DNA of 63,643 nt, counting the filler, from Octopus bimaculoides (Eukaryota), in NCBI RefSeq assembly GCF_001194135.2. It is 6 parts of 5 records of this genome, joined end to end, with 100 filler letters (N's around TTAATTAATTAA, not from the genome) between each part and the next. Parts side by side here need not be neighbours in the genome. Positions count along the whole stretch, not along the records: positions 1 to 23,917 come from NC_068988.1; 5 more parts are not named here. One strand, given 5' to 3'. Position numbers and translations under genes: made by a program. Each line of letters starts with the position of its first letter. The stretch's first letter is position 1. Below are positions 1 to 11,054 of the stretch, piece by piece. A model generated the notes under the pieces. The model had not been told where the DNA came from. It did not search any database and was given only the letters and a program-made list of their open reading frames with translations.

Positions 1-74
1 ATATATGTATGTATGTAGGTATGTGTGTAGGTATGTATGTATGTATGTATGTATGTATGTATGTATGTGTATAT

Positions 75-284
75 GTTTGTGTGTCTGTGTTTGTCCCTCC
101 AGCATCGTTTGACAACCGATGGTGGTGTGTTTACTTCCCCGTAACTTAGCGGTTTGGCATGAGACCGATATAATAAGTACTAGGCTCCCAAAGAATAAGT
201 CCTGGGGTTGATTTGCTCGACTAAAAGGCGTTACTCTAGCATGGCCGCAGTCAAATGACTGAAACATGTAAAAGAGTAAAAGAG
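75..284 (+). mobile_element. SINE family B, 3' half, preceded by (TATG)n
   Basis: Sequence from tgtttgtccc...catcg(t/c)ttgacaaccgat to gcatggccgcagt...aaagagtaaaagag closely matches the 3' half of the full copy at 30397-30820. Confidence 0.85.
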
Positions 285-872
285 TACCAGTGACCTAGCG
301 TGTAGAAAAAATTGTCAATAGACTATATATCATTCATATTAATACAGTGCACATTTAAACACATAAGAGGACGTCTAACACGCCATAATAGGACATCTAA
401 CACGCTAGAAGGAGTAGTTAAAATCCAAACCACTATTAGGGTAATTTCGAAAGGGAATGCAAAATAAAAACATTTACCATCTATTTCCTCTCTTCAGCAA
501 ATAAAGTAATTTGCTTGGCGAAGCTCTCATCAGCAGGAAAGTCAAAGATTAACATATAAGCACAAGGCAATACAGACATGCTTCGTGCTTACATGTTACA
601 ATTTTTCAAATCCACCGCGCATGCGCAGTTTTTTTATCGGCAGCAAATAAAAATAATGCTGTTTTTCTTCCAAAATTAGTCAAAAAAATTATTATTAATA
701 AATTTCAGGGTAATACAAATTTATTTAGAATGTTTTTACTACCAGTGGCCTAGCGTGTAGAAAAACTAGTCAATAGACTATATGTTAGTCCCGAACTGTA
801 ACAGCCAGGTTCTCTTCAACAGTGGCTTCCAATGCATCAGGATTTAACTCTCTTAGCCGCCCTTATCTTCAT

Positions 873-1026
873 TTATTCTGCAGACTGTAGTCCCCATTTC
901 TGACTCGTGAAGTTCATCGTCTTCATGATTTTTCCGTCACCTTCATCATCACCATGACTGTTTTGGAGTAACTTTGCTGATTCACTTGCACCATTCCCGT
1001 TTTCAAATTCATGATGAATGATTTGA
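873..1026 (-). CDS. Candidate terminal exon of an unidentified minus-strand gene
   Basis: AG acceptor (weak pyrimidine tract), then phase-2 open frame QIIHHEFENGNGASESAKLLQNSHGDDEGDGKIMKTMNFTSQKWGLQSAE*. Phase is compatible with candidate exon 1481-1592. Confidence 0.2.
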
Positions 1027-1480
1027 CTAATATGTTATTTGCTTAGATTGAACATCGGCTAATACAACTTTAATTTTGATAAAAATTACATGATCTGAAA
1101 GAAAATAAGAGAAAATGATATATTAATGATTTCGTCGTATTTCAAATAGAATTGAGAAATTAAACACCTTCCGTTAAAAACAGATGTATGTGTGTGCATA
1201 TTTATGTGTGTGTGTGCATATTTATGAGTGCACGTGTGCGTGTGTACGTGTGTATGTATTTATCAATTTTTCTTGTATACCCCTGTCAGTGATACGACAT
1301 ATATACATTGTAACGTTATTCTTCTTATCCCATGAAATCCTATAACGTTCAAACCTTGGCGATAGAGTATGGTATATCTTACAGGATATCATGTGACAGT
1401 ATAGCTACACTAAACGTAAATGAACTTGATTTAATTTAGAAGCCACAAAGCTTGAGGTGTTGTTAGATTGTTGCTCTTAC

Positions 1481-1592
1481 TGTTCTTGATTTTGATTTTT
1501 ACTGCCATCACAGTTTCCAATGTCATTCTGTCTCTGTTTGGAAAAACAAAAGTGTCTTGCTTTTCGGTATAGTCTTTCAATGTCTATATTAC
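1481..1592 (-). CDS. Candidate internal exon (112 nt, phase 1 to 2)
   Basis: Minus-strand acceptor ttctttcaaacaaatgcaacAG and donor GTAAGA. Only one frame is open: NIDIERLYRKARHFCFSKQRQNDIGNCDGSKNQNQE. Confidence 0.35.
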
Positions 1593-2054
1593 CTGTTGCA
1601 TTTGTTTGAAAGAATACATAGCAATAAAATGAATAAAATCGCCTCGTTCTTCAAAAATGTAGACCCCGACTATTTCACTCAGATTGCATAACCACATTCT
1701 CTAGACATTGGTTATGAATCGAGTATAGATATGGTCAAAATCCCACACCATTATTTCAGCTGGCAAAATTCACAATTGAGCCTAGAGAATAAACCCATTA
1801 TATTTTGGACAATTTAAGATTCAAGATTTCTATCAAATGGTATAAATGGATTAAGATTAATTCATGCTCATTCTTGTTTATAAGCGTCATCATTTTAAAT
1901 GCTTGAAAGTTATTTTCTCATTAGCTAATTAAGTGCAGGGAAGTGGACCTAATTTCGTGTATATGCATATACATAAATATAGAACCCGTTGAGAAGTGCA
2001 TATGGCAACTTAGATATCAGTGCGTGCATATGTATGTATGAAAACATAGAGACA

Positions 2055-2098
<44 letters not shown>

Positions 2099-2139
2099 GC
2101 GTCTCTTTCCGAATTGTATGAACATAAAAAACACATATA

Positions 2140-2197
<58 letters not shown>

Positions 2198-2491
2198 TAC
2201 ATACATATATATATGTATATATAAAGAGAGAGATATATACATATATGTATATATCATTACATATATTTATACATATATGTACATACGTATGTATGTACGT
2301 AAGGACGTATTTACGTACGTACTTACGTGTGTATATATATGTAAGTATGTATGTATGTATACATATATGCATGTATGTATGTAATTGCGTGTCAAAATAT
2401 TTTACAGAATATCAGTACGATTACCTTCCTGCCACATCCTGTCTACATCTTTACACAGAGATTCACTTCGTTAGCACTTCCGTCTCGTCTA

Positions 2492-2784
2492 TGTGTTACT
2501 GTTATGATACTATTACTGTAGGAATAATAAATTTAAAGAAATGTTCATATCTTATGTTGAACAAATGAAACGACTTTCTTGTTTCACGAGTCTATAAAAC
2601 TGGCAGTTCTAAAACTTGATAAGTAATGATGAAGTGAAATAACTCTGAATTACTTATCAATTTTTAGAACTGCCAGTGTTATAGACTCGTGAAACACGTA
2701 CGTCGTTTCAATTGTTCAACATAAGATACGAAAATATCTTTGAATTTATTATTCCTTCAGCAAGAGTATCATAAGAGTAACACA
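2492..2784. mobile_element. Fold-back / MITE-like long inverted repeat
   Basis: Arms 2492-2627 and 2649-2784 are reverse complements (e.g. gtttcacgagtctataaaactggcagttctaaaa vs tttagaactgccagtgttatagactcgtgaaac), with a ~21-nt loop. Confidence 0.85.
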
Positions 2785-2884
2785 CACAAACACACACACA
2801 CATATATATATTAAAGATTAATAGAGAGATCGGAATGTACTAAAAAACAAAATTTATTACCACAATAATTGTTCCATATTTTGG

Positions 2885-3112
2885 GTGCACTACTCCCTCC
2901 CTTGTGGGAAATGTGGGCGTAGAATGATGCAATAACATCAGATTCAACGCACAGTTCATCGAAGACTCCTCAGGTGGGATAATACAGTTTTAAGCAGGCT
3001 TTAAGCAAAACTGAAATGTAAACCATATTATCCCACCTGAGGTGTCTTCTATGCACTGTGCGTTGCATCTGGGATTATTGCATCGTTCCACGCCAACAAG
3101 GAAACAGTGCAC
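2885..3112. repeat. Inverted duplication (hairpin)
   Basis: cagattcaacgcacagttcatcgaagactcctcaggtgggataata (~2940-2984) is the reverse complement of tattatcccacctgaggtgtcttctatgcactgtgcgttgcatctg (3026-3071). Weaker pairing extends out to gtgcac at 2885 and 3107. Confidence 0.85.
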
Positions 3113-3491
3113 TTTAAAGATGGAACAATTGTCGTGGAAATAAATTATTTGTTTTTGGTACATTCCGTCTTCTCTTTTAAGTCCACCCAGGAATTCCTGG
3201 AACTGATACAACGATGATTGCAAAGTATCGCTAAAAATGCTCGGTAGCCATAACTGGTGAACGTGCTCTGCGAATACACGACCTGGACTTATCCTGAAAC
3301 AAGGTTTGGATACTGAGTTTAACATGTATCTTCTTAATCTTAATTCTTAACCCTTAAATTTGACACACATACACATTTATATATATGTATAACTTTGTAG
3401 TGTAATATATGTATTGATAGAATCCTGTGTCTATAACAGGAAGCTCCGCTTGCGGACTCGGCTACTATACCAAAGTGTAATCCTGTTCAGA

Positions 3492-4232
3492 GAAATGAAG
3501 TCTCAAGACACAGGGAAGGTGAGACGTTCCCAAGATCATTAAACACTCGCTGAAGCACATCAACTGGTGTCTCAAAACAGAAGCAGAATGAAACTTCCTT
3601 AAGATCAGCAAAGGCATGCTGCAGCATATCAATTGGGGTCTCAAGAGAAAAAGCGAGATATAGACTTTCTGAAGATCAGCAAAGCATGTTGCAGCACATC
3701 AAATGAAGTCTCAAAAGAGAAATTTGATGATACTTCCCAAGAGCAGCAGACGCATGATACGGTATCTGAAATGAAGTCTCAAGATAGAAAGATGAGTCTT
3801 TCCCAAGATCAGCAAATGCATGCTGCAAGCACATCGAATAGAGTCTCTAGACAGAAACGAGATGAGACTTTCTCAAGATCAGCAAAGGCATCCTGCAGCA
3901 CGTCAAATGAAATCTCAAGACACAAGGCAGATGAGACATTGCCAAGATCAGCAAAGGCATGCTGCAGCACATCAAATGTAGTTTCAAGGCAGAAACGAGA
4001 TAGGATTTTTCCCAAGTTCAGCAAACGTATGCTGCAGAACATGATATGGACTCGCATTACAGAAGCGAAATGAGAATTTCTCAAAATCAGTTAACGCATG
4101 CTGCCGCACGTCAGATGGAGTCTTAGAAAGGAATGAGACATTCTTAAGATCAGCAAATCCATGCTGCAACACGTCAAACGGAGTTCAAGGGTGAAACACG
4201 ATGAGGCTTTCTCAAGACAAGCAAAGACAAGC

Positions 4233-4234
<2 letters not shown>
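3492..4234 (+). repeat. ~11 copies of a 69-bp tandem unit encoding a degenerate 23-aa STPR-like / Helitron N-terminal repeat
   Basis: Consensus unit caaatggagtctcaagacagaaacgagatgagactttctcaagatcagcaaaggcatgctgcagcacgt translates to QMESQDRNEMRLSQDQQRHAAAR. Copies carry indels and stops. Confidence 0.75.
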
Positions 4235-4264
<30 letters not shown>

Positions 4265-4492
4265 NNNNNNNNNNNNNNNNNNNNNNNNNNNNNNNNNNNN
4301 NNNNNNNNNNNNNNNNNNNNNNNNNNNNNNNNNNNNNNNNNNNNNNNNNNNNNNNNNNNNNNNNNNNNNNNNNNNNNNNNNNNNNNNNNNNNNNNNNNNN
4401 NNNNNNATACAAATGTGTCCATCTGTTTAAATTTGATTAAATTAAATTCTGTCTTTTTCACCCTCCGCAAAAATTTCCAAATTTTAATTAAC

Positions 4493-4572
4493 TTGCTTGC
4501 GGGAAGGACTGCTCCAACGAAGTCGCGTATTGTCCTTGACTTCGAAAAGCGGAGTAGATGGGGCAGGGACAA
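4493..4572 (-). CDS. Candidate internal exon (80 nt)
   Basis: Acceptor attacccttcttcAG, locally GC-richer sequence, all three frames open. Weak GTTAAT donor (alternative GCAAGT donor 4 nt earlier). The phase 2-to-1 reading is CPCPIYSAFRSQGQYATSLEQSFPQA. Confidence 0.25.
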
Positions 4573-4991
4573 CTGAAGAAGGGTAATATTCTTTATGTTG
4601 CATGTCTCGTTTCTCTGTTTTTTTGTTTGTTTTTTTTTCGTTGTTCGAAAAGAAGTTCGTTTTCTGTCTTCGTCTTTATGTTTTCGTTTCTCATTGCGTT
4701 TAACGTTTTCTGTGATGTCCTGTACCCATATATGCTTGTATGTATACATATAAATGTCGGTATGTACATATATGTATGGATATATGCATATAATTGTATA
4801 TTATATATGTTAGCATATATATATACAATATTATCAATAAAATCCAAAGCACACACACTCATAGATATATGTATACACAAAAGTGCATATCTATACGCAT
4901 AACTAGTTAGAGAGTCGCATAGATGGATAGAGAGAGAGAGAGGAGGAGAGAAAGAGATCGTCATTGTTTATTCTGTGATATAGTATAAATA

Positions 4992-5466
4992 GGAGGCGAA
5001 ATGGCCCAGTGGTTAGGGCAGCGGCCTCGTGGTCATAGGATCGCAATTTCTATTCCCAGACCAGGCGTTGTGAGTGTTTATTGAGCGAAAACACCTAAAG
5101 CTCCACGAGGCTCTGGCNNNNNNNNNNNNNNNNNNNNNNNNNNNNNNNNNNNNNNNNNNNNNNNNNNNNNNNNNNNNNNNNNNNNNNNNNNNNNNNNNNN
5201 NNNNNNNNNNNNNNNNNNNNNNNNNNNNNNNNNNNNNNNNNNNNNNNNNNNNNNNNNNNNNNNNNNNNNNNNNNNNNNNNNNNNNNNNNNNNNNNNNNNN
5301 NNNNNNNNNNNNNNNNNNNNACGCTGAATATCCCCGAGAACTACGTTAAGAGTACATGTGTCTGAGGAGTGCTCAGTCACTTGCACGTTAATTTCACGAG
5401 CAGGCTGTTCGATTGATCGGATTAACTGGAACCCTCGACGTCGTAAGCGACGGAATGCCAACAACA
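4992..5466 (+). mobile_element. tRNA-derived SINE family A (octopus OR-like), gap inside
   Basis: A-box tggcccagtgg and B-box-like head, (CAA)n tail, 12-bp TSD atagtataaata on both sides. Homologous to 9997-10378 and 54538-54925. Confidence 0.9.
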
Positions 5467-5472
5467 ATAGTA

Positions 5473-6321
5473 TAAATAATCATTTCCAATATTGCGGTTC
5501 ACTTATCACGCCCTCTGTACATTGCGGATTTTTGTGACGAATATATGAAAATTTATATCACTGACACCTCAGTATATCGCGGGTTCCTGCGACCGATAGG
5601 TATTTATACATCCTTTAGATTTTAACTATTTTTGTGGTAAAATGAGCATTTTCACGCCTAATCATTAATGAATGAAAATACAGCACAGTGCTAAATTGTA
5701 TAACGCATTAATTAAAATATATTAAAAGAAAACACGTAGTGTACCGTAGATGAGATCTCTCAACGAGAGATATACAGTACATTAAAGTAAAGGTTATTTG
5801 CTAACATAATATGACAGACACGTTTGGGATGAATCTTACTGTTATTTTAGCTCCAGGAAACATCGTCTCCAGCTGGCTGTACGACACGCATCTGTGTCCT
5901 TATATTTTCGAACAGGGGAGTTTAACATCCCCACCTAATATAAAGCAATATCTGTGGACCGCGGTTTCTGGAATACTTCACTTCTTCGGCAGAGAATAAC
6001 AGCTTGGCTGAGATGGCGGTGCTAAACTCCCGTTCGAAAATATATAATTTTCAAAGTGATACACTATCACTGATCTACTAAACAGAAACTTTATCATTTC
6101 TAAATCTCTCGCTGAGAGATATACAGTAACAGTACTTTAAAGTAAAGATTATTTGCCAACATAATATGGCAGTCCTGGATGGGATAAATGTTGCTGTTGT
6201 TTCAGCCCGAAGAAACATCATATCAGGCTTGCTATAGTACGGTACTGTTTCTACTTCGCGGATTTTCACCTATCGCAATGGGTTTTGGAACATAACACTT
6301 GCGATACTCGAGGGATTTCTG
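5473..6321. mobile_element. Degraded Tigger/pogo-like non-autonomous DNA transposon
   Basis: Right end gcgatactcgagggatttctg|TA resembles pogo/Tigger TIRs. Degenerate left end (attgcggttcacttatcacg) and repeated cgcggattt-type subterminal motifs. Confidence 0.5.
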
Positions 6322-6363
6322 TATATAATATATAACTTATGTATTATACCTTAATTTGTGCAC

Positions 6364-6364
<1 letters not shown>

Positions 6365-6428
<64 letters not shown>
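6365..6428. repeat. (GATA)n microsatellite
   Basis: Perfect tandem GATA run. Confidence 0.95.
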
Positions 6429-8121
6429 CAGATGTGTGCGCGCGTGTGCGTGTGTGTGTGTGTGTGCCTGTATCCATATCGTGGGAAAGAAAAGAAAAGT
6501 CAAATAGCAAGCAAGTTACTGGACGATCAGAAATGACATTATTAGAAAATCCATACATATCCATATTTAGACTTCAAATTATGGCCTAAGTCGTAGCATG
6601 TAAAACATGATTGGCGATATATCGAATAATCGGAATAATAAAAACAGAAAATCGACAACAAATGCAGATATCGGAATTTCCTACTCAGCAAATACGCAAT
6701 CATTAGTCGACGTTCTACACTTGTTTAAGATGATATCACAAATATGTTGCTATATATTTTCAGTATCATTACACGGATATGTTATTAATCACCAATGTCT
6801 GTGTGTGCTTGTGTGTGAGTGTGTATGCCTCTGTGTGCGCGCGCGCATATTTGATTGTGTGCGTGCGTGTGTGTGCGTGTTTGTGTATGTTTTCTTAGTT
6901 TATTGAAGGTATGCTAATTCCTACCTCGAGTTTCACTAAGAAATATTCCATTTTTGGTTTGTTTGTTTGTTTTTTTTGTTTTGTTGTTTCTTTTTTTTTT
7001 AATAATTGTGTTTGAAAGTTTGTTTAACGACAACTCGGAATAGATTCATTTGTGAATAAACCGGAAACATCAGTCAGTAATAAGTGTTATAAATCAAAAA
7101 TTGATACTCATTATTTGATAAGAAAAATAAAGAGACGTTCTATCTACTTCGATCTCAGTTCAGTATTTTGCAATAATATCTTTTCTTCATTTTGATTTTT
7201 AGTTGCGATGTTGGGTCTGGACTTTTTGGTTCATTTTTTTTTTAAATATAAATTTTAGGTAATGGCTTTTTACTGTAAGAGCGAAATTTAATTGATTTCT
7301 TAATTTTTTTTCCTCTTCGTTAGCTTCTTGTTGCTGGTTATAATTGATTCATATTTGTTTTTGTTCATTCTTTGTTTCGTGCTTGTTTGTTAAGTTGCTT
7401 CGTTTCATTTGCTATATTTGATTCCGTTTCTGGAATCTATATAAATAGGTTCTTGGTAAAAACAGAGTTGTTGAAATCGTTGTCAATTAAAAATTAAACA
7501 CATTGTACTTACAAACTATAGTCCTCATTCAAATTCGTTGCCTCAGTAGTTTTGCGCTAACTCAGGACAATAAGCTTGTCTGTAAATATAATAGAATAAT
7601 GTCTTCTTATATACAGTGTATATAACCTTTAGAGATACGAACATTGATAAATGGATACACGAAGCAGGAGAATCAGCAGCAGTAGAAGTAGAGTTTCTTT
7701 TTTCTTTTTGTTTCAGTCGTTGTGTTAGGAATGTCTGCTATTGAGGTTGATTTGGAATTTATTTCAGTAGTTTTAGTGACGATTTTTGTGGTGGTGCTGG
7801 CGTGGGTGGTGGTGCTGGTGCTGGTGCTGATGGTGATGGCACTGGTGATGGTCGGCTTGTTTTTTGTTTTTTTTTTGTCTTCTACGAGTAAGTACAGCGA
7901 TGTTTTTGAAGTATTATCACACGAAAATGCTAGTTGTGGGAATGGTGGTTTATATTAGAAGTGTGTAATATGCTATATTGTGACGGCTTATGACAAATGT
8001 CAAAGTTAGTCAAAGTGATAGTTACAATGATGCTGATAGTGTTGTGAAAATGGAGCAATGGTTCACATTCTTTACTAGTGATATGTAGGAGTACATTATC
8101 TAAGACACTCTTTATTTAAAG

Positions 8122-8398
8122 CAGGGGTTCACATGATCCTTGGGGATACAAATTATCCTTGGAGGTCCACATGACCATTGGGGTTCATAAATGATATTGT
8201 TGTTAATATCTTCGTGCGATGAATTGGTTATATTTCTGCAATACACAAAATATTTGAAAAATTTTCTCATATTAGTTCCTAATATCTAATTACAGAAATA
8301 TGACGGAGTTTCTTTAAACATCGAATAAGTATGAGGGTCCAGGGGAGTAAAATACGAACCAAATGGGTCCATTGGCAAAAACTGGTAGATAAGCACTG
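8122..8398. mobile_element. Degraded hAT-like MITE
   Basis: Starts CAGGGGTTC and ends ataagCACTG with subterminal gggtcc motifs. No clean TSD is visible. Confidence 0.35.
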
Positions 8399-8439
8399 AT
8401 TCCAAACGTTAGGGTGTGCTTTTAAGTAGATTTGGCTTG

Positions 8440-8950
8440 TATTTCTAGCAGATTGGGTGCTGTCGATGTTACATAAGTGTGCTCTCGATGTTACAAAAAT
8501 GCGGTAGGTTGCAGTGGCATTGTTATTGATAATGATGTTATACTGATGTTAGTAATGGTAGTGGTGGATTAGGAGGAGAGTGTTGCCTCGTTGTTATTGA
8601 TGTTATTAGTATAATGGTAAAAGGTAGTGTTAGTTTTGTTCTTGTTGTAGGTGGTGGTTGTGTTGGTGGTGCTATTACTAATAATAGTATTGTACTAAAA
8701 TATAGTAGCAGTCTTTTGGCGATGATATTGTTCTAGGTAAAATTTACTAGTATAATATAGTGTTAGTGATGTTGCTACTCCAAAATATTAGTTGCTTTTG
8801 TTGGTAGTGATGCTCATTTAGTTTGCAATTCTGTTGGCAATGTTCTTTGACACTAATGATAATAGCGATGGTATTTGCAGTGTTGGTGTTGTTGGTTGTT
8901 TGTGGCTGGTGGATAGTGTTGATGGTGACGTTGAGTCGTGATTGTTCTAA
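8440..8950. repeat. Degenerate (GTT/GGT/GAT)n low-complexity tract
   Basis: Eroded trinucleotide repeats; a similar tract lies at ~7760-7860. Confidence 0.7.
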
Positions 8951-9604
8951 AGATGAAACATCATTTGTAACATAGAACAAACTGTCGAAAGTTGAATAAC
9001 ATATCTCGTATTAAGCCAAAGAACAAGTCATTAGCAAGCGACAAGTCATTATGGTACTGTGAAAATAAATAAATTGATTGATTGATCGATCGATCTTAAC
9101 TTTTTACGGTAGAGCACAGCTTAAAGAGAGCTACTGCTTTCATTTTTTAAAAATAAAATTGTACATTATTGATTAAATTTTACCATGTACAATGCCAGTA
9201 TTTGTAGTTCAGTGTGTATAGACAATTGAATAAATTATCATTCAATATTATTTCTACTTATTTAATTAAAAACTCAATTACTGGAAGGTAAATTAAGCCG
9301 GTATGCAATCTGAATTGAAGACGCAAAACTAAAATAAAATGTGAAGTATTAATTCCCGTTCTTTTATATAACAGTGAACCACCCTCTAGTAACTGAAATA
9401 ATTTTGATCATATTATTATACAGAGAACATAAAATAATTAGTTTACATGATTGATTATAACCTTAGGTGTATACTAGGGTACTGTATTGTTTGAGTGGCG
9501 CATAAAACCTCTTATAATCCAAGCAACCCTTTGCCCTTTAAGTATTCAGGTGTTAAAATGAAGTGCTATTGTAATTTAGATAAAATGTGACGGAACTCAT
9601 ATAT

Positions 9605-9744
9605 CAGGCATGACAACATTTTTCGAGTACAGGACTGCAAATGACATAGCTCATCATCAGGCGGGCCGCAATACTAAAATATTCAGGGTAAATTTTCGTT
9701 GGTTTTCCATTCAGGAAGTCCTGCGGGCCGCAGTTTAACCAGGA
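9605..9744. mobile_element. Short degraded hAT-like MITE
   Basis: Starts caggcatgacaac, contains gcgggccgca twice and ends gcgggccgcagtttaaccagg, a typical hAT-MITE terminal pattern. Confidence 0.45.
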
Positions 9745-9996
9745 CGATATATTTGAATAAATCTCATATATGATTTGAAATATTTCAAATAATTATGAGA
9801 CATAGTTCAGTAAAAAAGGGAACGATTATATTCTTGATAAGAGATAGTACTTTTTCACAGGGAACATTTTACGCAGCATGACTTTAAAAAATTACATTAG
9901 CCTGCACTAAAGCAGTGTCGTGTCTACACATTTGTTCAGCCGGCCTCAAATAAAGAGCCAAATCTTGATCAAATCAAACGCTATTGCCTTAAGAAT

Positions 9997-10378
9997 TGTT
10001 GGCACACTGTCGCTTACGACATCGAGGGTTCCAGTTGATCCGATCAACGGAACAGTCTGCTCGTGAAATTAACGTGCAAGTGGCTGAGCACTCCACAGAC
10101 ACGTGTACCCTTAACGTAGTTCTCGGGGATATTCAGCGTGACACAGTGTGACAAGGCTGACCCTTTGAATTACAGGCACAACAGAAACAGGAAGTAAGAG
10201 TGAGAGAAAGTTGTGGTGGAAGAGTACAGCAGGGTTCGCCACCATCACCTACTGGAGCCTCGTGCAGCTTTAGGTGTTTTCGCTCAATAAACACTCACAA
10301 CACCCGGTCTGGGAATCGAAACCACGATCCTATGCCCGCGAGTCCTTTGCCCTAACCACTAGGCCATTACGCCTCCAC
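9997..10378 (-). mobile_element. tRNA-derived SINE family A, complete
   Basis: Reverse complement of 54538-54925. 12-bp TSD tgccttaagaat at 9985-9996 and 10379-10390. Confidence 0.92.
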
Positions 10379-11000
10379 TGCCTTAAGAATAAGACGGTTA
10401 CATTAGACAATGCAGTCCTAAACATATTTTTGAAAAGTAAGAAGCATTGATCTCTGTTAAAATCTCTTTACGCGAATGCTTTGGCCTGAAATATATTTTA
10501 CAATATGTGTAGACTGTCTTTAAAACACTTGTGAAGGTATAACAGTTCCGTTCCGATTCATTTTGCTTCACCTNNNNNNNNNNNNNNNNNNNNNNNNNNN
10601 NNNNNNNNNNNNNNNNNNNNNNNNNNNNNNNNNNNNNNNNNNNNNNNNNNNNNNNNNNNNNNNNNNNNNNNNNNNNNNNNNNNNNNNNNNNNNNNNNNNN
10701 NNNNNNNNNNNNNNNNNNNNNNNNNNNNNNNNNNNNNNNNNNNNNNNNNNNNNNNNNNNNNNNNNNNNNNNNNNNNNNNNNNNNNNNNNNNNNNNNNNNN
10801 NNNNNNNNNNNNNNNNNNNNNNNNNNNNNNNNNNNNNNNNNNNNNNNNNNNNNNNNNNNNNNNNNNNNNNNNNNNNNNNNNNNNNNNNNNNNNNNNNNNN
10901 NNNNNNNNNNNNNNNNNNNNNNNNNNNNNNNNNNNNNNNNNNNNNNNNNNNNNNNNNNNNNNNNNNNNNNNNNNNNNNNNNNNNNNNNNNNNNNNNNNNN

Positions 11001-11054
<54 letters not shown>

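Noticed and set aside
1949-2568. ORFs rich in YI, HT and CV dipeptides here and throughout the window
   Set aside because: They are translations of (TA)n, (CA)n, (TG)n and (TATG)n microsatellites, not genes.
3492-4234. 69-bp array as a CRISPR array
   Set aside because: Eukaryotic context, whole units are homologous (no unique spacers), and no cas genes.
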